Below, one piece after another: positions 25,001 to 36,783 of a stretch of 64,000 nucleotides of DNA; position 1 is the stretch's first letter, and each line of letters starts with the position of its first letter. Position numbers and translations under genes: made by a program. The stretch spans positions 1 through 64,000 of the forward strand of contig NC_087436.1 in assembly GCF_036321535.1 (NCBI RefSeq), given 5' to 3'. This DNA is from Camelus dromedarius. Its lineage: Eukaryota. The notes beneath the pieces were generated by a model. The model saw nothing but the letters and a program-made list of their open reading frames with translations, made no database searches and was not told the origin of the DNA.

Positions 25001-27085
25001 TGGCGGAGGGGGCGGCGGCGGCGGCGGCGGCGGCGGTGGGTGGGAGGCTGCCCGGGCAAGCCGGTCGATTTCTTCTCTTCCCTGCAGCCTGGCCTGGGGG
25101 GGTGTTGGCCGCCGGAGATTCGCCAGATGTTGGACTCCAGGTAAGCTTGCTCCTGGGTGGTGGGGCGGTTAGGTCAGTGGGCGGTGGCAGCGGCAAGGGG
25201 GCGGAGCGGGGCTGCCCCTGGCGAACTGATGGAATAGCTGCCTTCTCCCGGCTGCCGGGCCTGGGAGCGGCCTCTGCTGCCCCAGGTCGCTGCACACACC
25301 TGTCCCACTCAGCAAGCTGAGTGGGGAGTGGAGGCGGTGTGGTTAAGGTGCAGGGCCCACGGGGATAGGGGGGCTGCCGCACGGAAGCCGGTCAATTCGC
25401 TCCGCTCTCCCCCGCGGCGGAGCCAGGGGCGGCTTCTGCTGCCGTAGAGGCGGGACGCCGGTCTCCAGGTGAGCTTGGTCCTGGGAGGCGGCGGCGGCGG
25501 CGGCGGCTGGGGGTTGGGGTCCGTTCCAGGGAGCTGCTCCATTTCTTCTCTCCCCCGCGGCCTGGCCTGGGGGCGACCTCTGCCGCCAGAGATTTGCCTG
25601 AGGTCCGACTCCAGGTGAGCTTGCTCCTGGGAGATGGGTGCGGTGCAGTCAGGGGGCTGGGATGGTGGTGGCTGCGGGGATAGGGAGGCTGCCCCGGGGG
25701 AGCTTGAGGATTAGCTCCCATGTCTGTGCCGCGTGGCCTGCAGGCGGCCTCTGCTGCGCCAGGTCCTGGGACAACCCTTTCCCACTTTGCCTGCTGGGGG
25801 CGGGAGGCAGGGTAGTCAGGGTGCACGGGTGGCGGGGGTCGGGGGCCTGCAGCGGGGGAGCGGGCACATTTGCTCCCATCTTCCCCGCGGCTTGTCCTGG
25901 GGGCGGTGTCTCTTGCCCTGGGTTAAGAGACACGTGTATCCTAGTCAGCCTGGCCCCAGGAGGCGGGCGTGTTACGCTGGGTGTGGTGGCAGCAGCGGCA
26001 GGTTTTCCCATGGAGCCGGTCCATTTGCTCCCATTTCTCCCCGTGGTTTGCCCTGGGGGCGGTCCCTGTTGTCCCTAGTTCGCCGGACGTCCATCTCCAG
26101 GTCAGCCTGCTCCCTAGAGGCGGCACCGTGAGGTCAGGGGGCAGGAGCGGTGGCTGCTGTGGGGGTAGGGGGCTGCCTTGGGGAGCTGGTGGATTGGCTC
26201 CCGTCTCCCCGATGGCCTGGTGTGGGAGTGGCCTCTCCTGCCTCAGATCACCAGACACACCTGTCCCATTTAGCCTGCTGGGGGAGGGGCGCCCTGGGAA
26301 GTGCCTTTAAAGTGTGGGGGAGGCGACGGCAGGCGTAGAGGACCTGCAGCGCGGAGCCGGTCAATTTGCTCTCCTCTTCCCCACGGCCAAACCTGGGGGC
26401 GTACTCTGCTGCCCAAGAAGCCGGATGCCCGTCTCCAGGTCAGCTTGCTCCTGGGAGGCGGGCGCGATGCTGTCGAGGGGCAGAGGCAGCTGCGACGGCC
26501 GGCTGCCCCGCCTAATGGGGCCACTTCTTCTCCTCTCCCCTGACCTGGCCTGGGGACGGCCTCTCCCGCCCAAGATTAGCCTGAAACCCCACACCCGGTC
26601 AGGTTGCTCCTGGGAGGTGGGCGCGGTGACATCAAGGGTTGGAGAGGAGGGGGGCTGCCCCTGGCGGGCTGGAGGATAAGCTCCCATCTCTCTGGAGGCC
26701 TGACGTGGGGGTGGCATCTGCTGCCCCTCATTCCTGGGTCACCCTTCTCCAGGACATATTGCCCCGGGGGTGCTGTAGGCTGCGGGGGCGGCGGGTTGTT
26801 GGCGGGGGTATGGAGCTTGCCGCTTGGGAGCTGGTGGTTTAGATCCCATTTCCCCCGCAGCTTGGCCTGGGGGCAGCCTCTGTTGCCCCAGGTCGCAAAG
26901 CACTGTTTCCCTGACAGCTTAACCACCGGAAGTGGGCAGGATGTGCTGAGGGGGCGGAGGCAGCCGCCAAGGCAGCGACGGAGGGGGCTGTCCCTGGCCA
27001 GCCGGTCAATTTGTTCCCATCTCAACATTTGCTGTCCCAGTTTCGCAGGACGCCCTTCTCCAGTTTATCCTTCTCCTGGGAGGTA
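25001..27085 (+). repeat. GC-rich tandem array, ~13 degenerate ~160-bp monomers with 3-mer higher-order structure and two (GGC)n tracts
   Basis: Anchor motif (gagccggtcaatttgctccc / gagctggtggattagctccc) at ~25059, 25224, 25386, 25531, 25700, 25858, 26013, 26183, 26354, 26515, 26666, 26828, 26999. Shared ggcctgggggcg and ctccaggt(g/c/a)agcttgctcctgggagg motifs. Confidence 0.9.
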
Positions 27086-28489
27086 GGCTCAGTGCATGCA
27101 GCCCAAGGTCTGGGCTCTCCCCTGGGGAGGGGCAGAACGCTCTTCTTCTTCTTTGTCTTTATTCTTCAGCAAAGTGGTTACTGGCCCCAATTCTTAATTC
27201 TGAGAAAGTGTAGCCTGTGTTACGGAGGAGCTGCTGGACAGTGAGGTTTCTGGGTGGGTTTTCATATCAGCTGATGCCCCAGGCAGGCAGGAAATGTATT
27301 GCTTAGAGCTTCTTAGTCTGGAGTTGGGGGATGGCCCCGCCATCCTCACCATGCTTTTTAAAAATGTGTTACTCCCCTCTTTTTCCTAGGTGACATTTTA
27401 GGTTATTGGGTCCCAGATTGCTGGCACACTCATCCCTGTTCTCAAACATCTTTTAAACTTGGGTGAAGTGATAAGTTGGGGAAGAAGATGATTTACTGAA
27501 AGGTAAGAATACTTAAATTTGCATTAAAGCTACATTCTGTCAATCTTTCTCAAATGATTTTTCTCTGATTCTAAATCCATGACCTAGTGAATGTTGTACT
27601 CCTGTGTAAATCATTGATCTTCACATCACACTTGTTGAGTGGTCAACGAGATTTGTTATTTAGATTATTCCTGAAAGGAAAAGCTCAGGCTTTTGAGAAT
27701 TCCTTGTCTGATGTCACCCAGGCAGTCACAGTAGAAGACAGAGCTGATATAAAAATCCCTCACCTGCCTGAACTGCAAAGCTTCTGGGATTACTGATCCC
27801 TGAAATGCAGGTGACTCTTGATGATAATCTGGGGGATGGTTTATATGATCAGATTCTTCCAGTCCTGTAAATGGGTTCCGTGGCCCCAGCCCCGGGAGAG
27901 CTGGTCATAAGGGCCATATCGTGAGGGGTGGGATGGGAAGGCAAGGTCTAAGAGCTGGCATCACTGAGATTCCACACTCGCTAAACACAGACCCCAGAGC
28001 CTAATTGTTGTCAGGTTCTGTTCTGGATTTGAGAGTGTGTTCAGACATGATTCTTGCCCTTCAGGGGTCACTGCCTGGGTGGAAGTAACCTTTACATAAA
28101 TCTGGGGAGGATGACAATTAAGTAGATGGGCTGTTATGATTCTCAGTGTGCCCAGGCTCGCTCTTCCAGGCACTCGTGGGACTAACGAGAGTCATGTTAT
28201 TCACTCATACACTGATTTATTACCCTTGAATTGATCATTTGTCCCACAGTAAGTGAAACAAGCGATGAGGAACCTGAGTTTTGTCCCCTTTCCTAGCACT
28301 GATTGTATCTGTCAGTCAGGCGCCCTGCGTATGCATTGTGAAATGGTGGTATTTCTTGCCCAATGGGACTGCACTGTCAGTTCTGAGAATCAGGGGAGAC
28401 ACGTGGGTAGGACAGCACACTGACACATATGGCACCCCCCCCACCCCATGAGACAGCATTGTCGATGCTTAGGTGACCCGATGTAGACC

Positions 28490-28659
28490 GCGGTGCTAAA
28501 TCTGAGCATGTTTAGTGATCTTGGTGGCTATGAAAATACAGACTGCCGGTCCCTAATTCTGGAGACTCTGAGGGTGTGCACCCCAGAATTCTGCATTTTA
28601 AGAAGCACTTTAACTAATTCTGATGAAGATGATCTGAGTGTCCCACTGAGAAACACTGG
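28490..28659. mobile_element. MER5-like hAT DNA transposon
   Basis: aaaatacagactgccggtccc...gaattctgcattttaagaagcac...aattctgatg...ctgagaaacactgg. Confidence 0.6.
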
Positions 28660-28900
28660 TGTGCGATGCACCAGTATTGAGGATTCTCAGGGAGCGATGT
28701 TTTTTCAGGATGGTCCAAGGGCCCTCACGAGACTTTTGCCTTGGGTGTAATTGTATGTGTTCGAAAGTGATGTCTCTCACTTCCAGTGCTTGTCAGCATG
28801 CTCTGTGCAGGGATTTGCTCTCAGCAGATATCAAAAACTATAAGTCTTCAGGTCACCGAGCTAGAGTGTGGGCGATCTTTTATTTTGGTTTTCTTTATTG

Positions 28901-29290
28901 CAATGCGGAGTCTCCCGAGAAGAGATTCAGACTGAACAGCTTTGTGTCGGACTTTGGAAGACCGCTGGTGCCCAAGGGGTTCTCTGGCAGCACAATGACG
29001 AATCTAGGTCCCTCTTTCACTGCTACGTCAATGAAGTGGACCGCATGGACAAGGCCAAAGCTGGTATCCCAACCATAGCCCTTGACAGTGATGTTCGGCT
29101 CCAGGAAGCCATCAGATGCAGCAGGTGGCCAGAGAAGGAGCCTAACGGGCTCATGAAATGTGACACCCCCAGCTTCATCAACACGGACCAGAACTCTTCC
29201 TTTGGGGAAGATGATCTCCTGATTTTGGAACCACCGATTGTTCTAGAAAATAAGCCAGTTGCCCAGACCTCACACAAAGACTTGAATTGG
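28901..29290 (+). pseudogene. MRAP2: MRAP2 (melanocortin-2 receptor accessory protein 2) terminal coding exon, degenerate; 3'UTR-like sequence to ~30820
   Basis: NAESPEKRFRLNSFVSDFGRPL, then a frameshift at ~28985, then QHNDESRSLFHCYVNEVDRMDKAK...ALDSDVRLQEAIR...GEDDLLILEPPIVLENKPVAQTSHKDLN; matches the recalled human MRAP2 C-terminus. Acceptor reads ttattg (AG lost) and the stop codon reads TGG. ATTAAA at 30746 and AATAAA at 30812. Confidence 0.95.
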
Positions 29291-31119
29291 AAATGTGCTT
29301 TGTCAAGTGTTTCTCTGAAGATGTGAAGTCTGTCTTTGTATGGCAGGAAGTCCCCTTTCACAAAATTGTATGTGTTTGTGTCTGAGAGAGAGAAATGGAG
29401 ACAGACAGAAAGACGGAGACAGAAGAGAGCCCCTCAGAAGAGAGCTAGTTAAGGTGAGTTTTTGTGCCTTAGTAAACATTTGGGGTTTTGGGGGGAACAA
29501 AGTATTTACACTGTCTCATTCTCCTCGTTGGAAACCTTGGCCCCGTCCTCAGTGTCAGCGGCCTTGAACGGGGTTGCCATGGTGCTTTTCATCTGGCGCT
29601 GCCACTTCCACGCTCTGCCTTTAGCACGTTGCTTTGCCTCCCAGGGCTGCCACCCTTTAAACTGTAAGGTGAGGAGTCTGGAGTAGATGATCCATCCCAG
29701 CTCTGCTGTTTTGCAAATTTCTGATTTCGTATTCGGATGAGGCTGGGATACACCCAGAGCAGCATAAACCAGGCCCTACCTCCTGTCTCTTGCTGGGGCA
29801 TCCCTCAGGTCTGTGCCTTCTACTCAAGCCTTTACTGAGCCCAGCTTTTGTCAGGAGCCCAAGTGCCTACCGGGATGGCAGGAGACCTGTCTCTCCTGGT
29901 CACGGTGGCAGACATTTCTATTGGTTGTGCTGAAACAGCTCTTCTGAGATCCTCCGGCCACCCTTGCTCCAACCTGAGGACAGACCTACCGTTCCTTTCC
30001 TAGGAGGAGGATCAATCCATGGTGCATTTTATGACAATCCTGTCCCCAGGAATGCACGGAAGGTTATCAGCTGAGTGAGGGGAAGTGCCTCTGTGTCTCT
30101 GTGTCCCTGTATCTCTGTCTGCTCACAGTGCCCTGCCACCGGCTACTGAACAAGAAAAGTGCTATTCACCATGCTGTGTCTTTTGCAGATGTGTAGGTGA
30201 TGGTCTTGTGGCTCATGTGTGGGCTTTGTGCTGGGATGGTGAAGGGCTTATAAATACCTCATCAACATGTATTCGAGATGGCCTGGTGCCACACAGACTT
30301 GATTCATGAAGGCATCAAGCCTGCACACTGGTTTGGAAACAACTTGGTTTTGATCAGTCACACTGCATGCATGACTCACTGCTGATCTCTGGGTGGTTTT
30401 TTCATTTTAGATTTATTCACCCAGTGTCTTGCTTAAGCTGAAAAATACATTTATTTCACTAGAATATTCTCAGATTCTTTGTTTTCACACATCCAGTTGT
30501 TTAATTCCTTTAAAAATCATTTTGTGTTTATAATGCCTCCTAATATCTATCATCTCTAGGTTCCCAGTGGCCTGAGCCATGCACCAGATTTGATGTAGGA
30601 ACTGTTCCACCAAAAGAAATCCCTTTGCCATAATATCTTTTGAGGAAAATATTATTCTTTAAGGCTCTAACAGTAAATCGTAGAACAAAGCATGGAACAT
30701 TTATTGTAGTTAATACATGTTCATGCAAAAAGAAATGATATTTTCATTAAACAATGTTGATTTTAATAACTTTTACTAATGTGAATATTATTACTCATAA
30801 TTTAAGTAACCAAATAAAACCACAGTTATTTATTATGAAGTTTGAAAACTATTTACACTGTCTCTCAATTAGAGGTAGCTTTATTAGAAGACTGAAGGGT
30901 ATTTAAAAGATGGAAAAATACCCATGATGACACCATCATTTTTATTAACTAAATATCAAGAACTGTGCAGGGTTAAGATTGAACCCTCTGCAAGCTCTCA
31001 AGTTAGCATGAGGTAGTTTGTGGATGCTGCCAGAAGACAGGAGACTCCCCCAGGTTCAGAGACAAAGAACTTCTTGCCAGCACAGCAGGCAGCTTGGGGT
31101 TCATGTTCATGTTGGTTCC

Positions 31120-31395
31120 TGAGTTTCTTTCCTTTTGCTGTTCTAACAAAGGACCACAGACTCAGTGGCTTAAAGCAATACACATTCATCATCTCACTGT
31201 TCTTTTGTGCAGAAGTGCAAAGTCATTGTCAGTGGGCTTAAGCCAACGTGTGGCCAAGGCTACGTTCCACACCGAGGCTCTAGGGAGGGATTCGTCTTCC
31301 TACCTTTCCCAGCTTGCAGAGGTGTTCACACTCCTTGGCCCAGGGCCCTGTGTCACTGTGACCTCTGCTGCCACTTTACATCTCTGTCTCTGACT
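31120..31395 (-). mobile_element. MLT1 (ERVL-MaLR) LTR fragment
   Basis: gctgttctaacaaaggaccacagactcagtggcttaaagcaa...gaggctctagggaggga...cctttcccagctt. Confidence 0.7.
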
Positions 31396-32092
31396 ATATA
31401 GATATAAAGGAAGAGTCTTCGACATCTGGTATGGACCCTTTTTCCTAAATGGACATTGTATCTCTATTTATGTGCAGATTAAAACCCCTTCCCTCCAGGG
31501 TGTGGTGGCATCAGCTCTCAAGATTACCACTCTGGGCTTTAAGTGTCCTCTTTGTATTGACACCTGGGAACTTCTCTTTCCATAGTTAGCTCTGTGTTAC
31601 ATTTGTTGTTGTATTTTACCCGGCATTACTGAAAGTTTTACTTAAAAGGGATCCTAATTAGCTCTGTTTACCTGTTTCCAGAGCTGAAGGCTTCAGTTCT
31701 AGATTATCTGTTTGATTTCTCTTAAAAATACATTCCAGTATATTTCTCTGGTGAAAGTCTTTACCCTGTTGTCTATTCTCCCATAATTTCCTTATTTTCT
31801 TGAATATATTAAAAGTATTTTATAGCCTTTATTGGTAACTCTGATGCCTACATCACCTGGGGGTTTGCATCCTTTGTCTAATGTTTCTTATTCTCATATT
31901 ATCCGTTATATAGTCTTGACATGTTGCATGTCTTGAAATTCTTTATTACATGGCAGACATTGCAAATGAAAAATCCATATGTTATTTTCCGTGAGAGGTT
32001 TTCTACCTTCCTGTTAGGCAAACAGGGTGAGGGACTGATCATGTCGCTCCAATCAGGCGCTGAGGTGGATCAGGACTGAAGTGCCTTTTTTC

Positions 32093-33660
32093 TTAAAACA
32101 GCTTTGAGGTATACTTGGCAAAGTAATTTTCACACGTATAAAGTGTACAGCTAATACGTTTTGACATAAGTATATCCCCAAGAAACCATGACCACATTCA
32201 AGAGAGTGAACATACCCATCACCCACAAAGCTTCTCTCCTGCCATTTGTTGTCCCTCCCTCCCTCCCCATCTCTTCCCCTGGAAACCATTGATCTGCTTT
32301 CCATCACAACATATTGGTCTGCATTTTCAAGATCCTTGTATGAATGGATTAATGCAGTATCTACTCTATGTTGTCTGACTTCTTTCATTCAGTGTAAGTA
32401 TTTTGAGAGTCATCTGTGTTGCTGTATTAATAGCTTATTTTTCTTATAGCAGAGTATTGTTTAGTGCTGAGTTTTTACTGAAGAGTTTGTTGTGAGCAGT
32501 GTTTGGATAGACCATCATTTGTTTCTCCATTTACTTCTTGATGGATGCATGGGTTATTTACAACTTGAGCTATTATAAATAAAATTGCAGTGAATATTTG
32601 GTTACAAGTCTTTATATGGACATATGCTTTTCTTTTCTAAAGCACCACATGAGGAATATCTGGGTTATATGGTAGATAGGTATTTACCTTTTTTAAAGAA
32701 ACTGTTAAAGACTTTTCCAAAATGGTTGTACTATTGTAAATTCCTTGTGGTGTGTATCAGCTCTGGTTGCTCTACTTCCTTACCAGCACTTGGTAAGGTC
32801 GGTCTTTCTAATCGTATTCATTCTTGTATGTATGTGTACTAGTATCTCACTGTGGTTTTTGAAAGCATTTCTCTAATGACTAATGGCATCTTTAATCAGC
32901 ATCTTTTCATATGCTTATTATCCATCTGGATATCTTTACTGAAGTGTGTTTTCTGGCCTCATTCATTCATTCAGGTGTTTGCATTATTATTGAGTTTTGA
33001 GACCTCTTTATTCTGGATCAGATACAAAGAGAGACCTTTATCAGATATATGATCTGCAAATAGCTTCTGTCTAAGGCTTGTCTTTTCATTTGCTTAGCAG
33101 TGTTTAGAACAGCTTTGAAGAGTCTTCATTTTGATAAAGTTCACTCTATCAGTTTCTTTTTAAAATAGATTATACTTTTGGTGTCATAGCAAAGAAATAT
33201 TTGCCAAACCCAAGGTCATAAAGCTTAAGCCTATGCTTTTTCTCCTAGCTGTTTTATAGTTTTAGATTTCCTATTAAGATCTATGATCCATTGTGACTTA
33301 ATTTTTGTATATTTTGTGAGGTGTGGATCAAAGTTCATTTTTTTTTTTTTTGCATATCACTATCTAATTCTTCCAGCACTACTTGTTGAAAAGATCCTTT
33401 CTCCACTGCATCCTTTTTGAGAATCAATTGTCTATATAAGTGTTGGTTTAGTTCTGAACATTCTATTCTGCTCCATTATTCTATTTTCCTGTTTTACACC
33501 AACACCATACTTTCTGATTACTGTAGTTTAAAAAAAAAAAAAAAAGGCTGAAAATCAGATAGTGCAAGTCTTCCAACTTTGTTTTTCTTGTTCAAAATTG
33601 TTTTGGATATTTGGGATCCTTTGAATTTTTATATGAATTTTAGAATCAGTTTTAAAATTC
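32093..33660 (-). mobile_element. Old L1M (L1MB/MC-like) 3' fragment, antisense
   Basis: T-rich strand with ggaaaccattgatctgctttcc, gcatttctctaatgactaatg, tctatgatccattgtgacttaatttttgtata, aagtcttccaactttg. Confidence 0.85.
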
Positions 33661-35340
33661 CTTACATCCTGTTCTGCCAAATTTCCACCCATGTCTTTGG
33701 CCATCTCCAAAGCCACATTTTCTGAAGAAGTCTCTCTAGATCCCAGGTGAAAGGAATTTCTGTTTCATCTGTGCTCCAATCACATTTGATAATATTTGAT
33801 TACATTTATTCATATTTGGCTGGATGTACTTGTGTGATCTTTCCTGCCATATAGTAAATCTCTCAAGATTTGGAATCTTGACTTGGTTCCCTCTGTCTGC
33901 TGAGAAAACTAGTTCTATGCTTTGCAGGAGTGAGCCCTGCAGTAAGAGGTATCTGCAGCACACATCTAGCTCATTGCTTGCATATCGTCAAGGAATCCTG
34001 CCGATTTAGAATTGTTTATTGATTGTTGTCTCCAAGACGGCTCAGCCTTTTTTATTTCTATTGCTACTGCTGCAGTTTCAAAGGAAAATGGGCTAATTAT
34101 TTTCCAAATATCTAAACATACTGTAATTGAGCTGTGACGCAAATTATGTGCTGCTGTTTCTTAACAACCTGCTTAGTGTTCACAGGTACCTTCACTCATG
34201 GAACTTTTGGGAGAATGTCATATCCTCAGAGATAGCAATGCTGTCTTTGGCAACCTGAGCGGTAGTATCTGAACTCACTCCTGCTGTTTTTCCAGTGCCC
34301 CCTCTAGCACTCCTCCAGCCCTCCATGGGGGGCCTGCAGTTCTTCCCTCGAAAATCCTGTTGTTTCTCAGGAAGAATTCCCTATGAAACATATTCATGTC
34401 CTTCTTGTGGGGACATTCAGTCCAGAGACCTGACAGCAGGGGAAAATGTTTAGACTGCTTTTGGTAGAACGTAAATTCTTCCATACTTGTTAGAAGCAAA
34501 TCCAATGAGGAAACTGTGTTGGCATCTAACAAATCAGGATAAATGTCTGATGAGGAAGATCAGCTTCCCCATCCCACTCAGGCGTCATGTTGATGTGACG
34601 CTCACCTTGGCTAACATTTTCTCCTGTGAGCAACGTGAAGTTCAAGACGTTATGAATGGCTTTTTGTTTTTCTTCCTTAGTCTTTCCACATTCACTGTGT
34701 CTGGTGAGATTATATGAATCCTGCTTATTTTCAGCCCAGCACTAAGCTTTTTAAAAGGATCACGTGTTTAAAAGGCTAGTGGACAATTTGTTAGAAGATT
34801 GAAATCCTTAGACTTTGGTCCTAGAGTTGAATCTTGGTTACTGGTGAATGAGAATTCCCGTTAAAATTTTAAATTCAGTGATATAAAGTTTTAAAAATAG
34901 TTAAATATTAGTCAATTTCATTAAACACTACAGCAGTTATTTACTTTTAAGCCTGTCTCTGGGGCAATTTTGCAATGATTCCCTCCCTTTATTAATTCCC
35001 TCTTTATCAGAATCCTTGAGAGGTCCCTGTCATCATTGTCAGTATCATCATCATCATCACCATCATCATGGAACTGATTCCTCTGGGAGATTCTAGGAAA
35101 ATAAAGAGCTGGACGGGGTTATGTGCAGGTCAGTGTGTGCATATACAGTAAGAACAGTTGTCAGACATTAGATTCAAGATACCCATTCCATTTAGAGAAG
35201 AATGTGGTCATGAAATCCTGATGTGCTGAATGAAGGAAGCGATGGGAACAGGGTAGTCAATGGAAAGGAGGAGGAAGTGAGCGAAGCGGGGAGCATAGGT
35301 CCTTGGTTAGGTGATCAGCACATTGGTGAGAATGAGGGGA

Positions 35341-36110
35341 GTGTTATGGCAGAATCATGTCCCTCCCCGGCCACAGGGTAGCCACCTGTGACATGTTACT
35401 GTACATGGCAAAATGCATGACAGATATTTTAGGACAAAAATCTTAGAGGATTTCTGTCTTCTAAATTGTCTATCAGTTAGCATTTTAAACCCATGATACA
35501 TTATTAAAGATTAGTGCAGGGGGACAAATAAAAAGGATTCATATAATCTCACCAGACATACTGAATGTAGAAAGGCTAAGGAAGAAAAACAAAAAGTCAT
35601 TCATATGTGCCTTGAACCATAAAATGCCCATGAGAGGAAATGTTACACAAGGTGAGTGTCACAGCCACATTCATAATGCCTGAATGGGATGGGACAAGGG
35701 GATCCTGAGATGAGACAATAGGGCGAGTAGCCTGGATTGTCCAGGTGGGCTGAATGTAATCACAGGGGTCCTTGAAATGGAGGACATTTCCCAGCTGAGT
35801 TTAAAATCAGAGGGAGGTGTAGCCATAGAGCAATGTTCAGAAAGGCTGCTGACCATGAAAATGGAGGAAGTCGTGGGGCACAAGCTAAGGAAGGTGGGTG
35901 ACCTCTGGAAACTGGAAAAAAACAACAACAACAAGGAAACATTCTCTTCTAGACCCTCTAGAAGGAAGGAACCCTGCTGCTACCTTGAATTTAGCCCAAT
36001 GAGAACTGTGTTGGATCTCTGACCTCCACAGCCATAAGCTGATAAATCTGTGCTGGTTTAAGCTCTTAAGCTTATGGAAATTTCTTACATTGGTAAGAGG
36101 AAAATAACAT
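35341..36110 (+). mobile_element. MLT1D-like LTR interrupted by a ~280-bp non-LTR insert (~35415-35700)
   Basis: 5' part tgttatggcagaat...acctgtgacatgttactgtacatggcaaaa resumes at gatcctgagatg...cctggattgtccaggtgggc...aatgtaatcacaggggtcctt and ends aggaaataacata. Confidence 0.75.
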
Positions 36111-36427
36111 AGTGAGCCGTAGTGTAACGGATTAAAGGTATAGGATGGGGTGTGGAGAGGATTCTGACATTTACAACTAAAAAACAACCAGGTGAAGTGG
36201 AAGGTGTTTTAAGGAAGACCTACCTGGCAGGGCTATTAAGCAGACTGGAGCGAGGGGAGCATTGGAGTTAGAGGAATCAATTAAATCTCTACCAGAAAAA
36301 TAAGGAATAAAATGTAACAGGGCTTCAGTGATAGTGGATGTAGGAATGGAAATGGGCAGAGAGACATAAATATTACTTTGAAATTAGCTACAGGTTTGAT
36401 GACTGCATGTTGGGGAGACTTAGCCGA

Positions 36428-36783
36428 TGTGTGGACTGAATGTTTGCATCCCCTCAAAATCCATATGTCGAAACCCCATCTCCCAGGGTGATGGTATTGG
36501 GAGGTGGGGCCTTTGGGACGTGATTAGTAGGATAAAATGAGGTCATGAGAGTAGAGCCCTCATGAATGGGATTAGTGTTCTTATACAAGCCCCCAGAGTG
36601 CTTGCTTCTCTCTGCTCTCTGGGATATGAAGATATTGGGAAGACAGCCATCTTCGAGCTGGCAATCCTCTCAAGGATACATTGACCTTGAAAGTCTCAGC
36701 CTCCAAACCATAAGGAATATGCTGGTTGTTTAAGCCACCCGACCCACGGTAATTTGTTACAGCACCCCAGACTGACGAAGACA
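36428..36783 (+). mobile_element. MLT1A-like LTR
   Basis: tgtgtggactgaatgtttg...gtgatggtattgggaggtggggcctttggga...gttgtttaagccacc...gactgacgaagaca. Confidence 0.8.

Noticed and set aside
24963..27086. Array as an intact repetitive protein gene or CRISPR-like array
   Set aside because: The recurring peptide motif changes frame and hits stops between units; monomers are degenerate throughout with no repeat-spacer structure; the DNA is eukaryotic.
34278..34428. Minus-strand exon-like block with a CTCF-like motif; similar motifs at ~6445 and ~57911
   Set aside because: No recognisable protein and only partial motif matches; cannot be supported without ChIP or RNA data.
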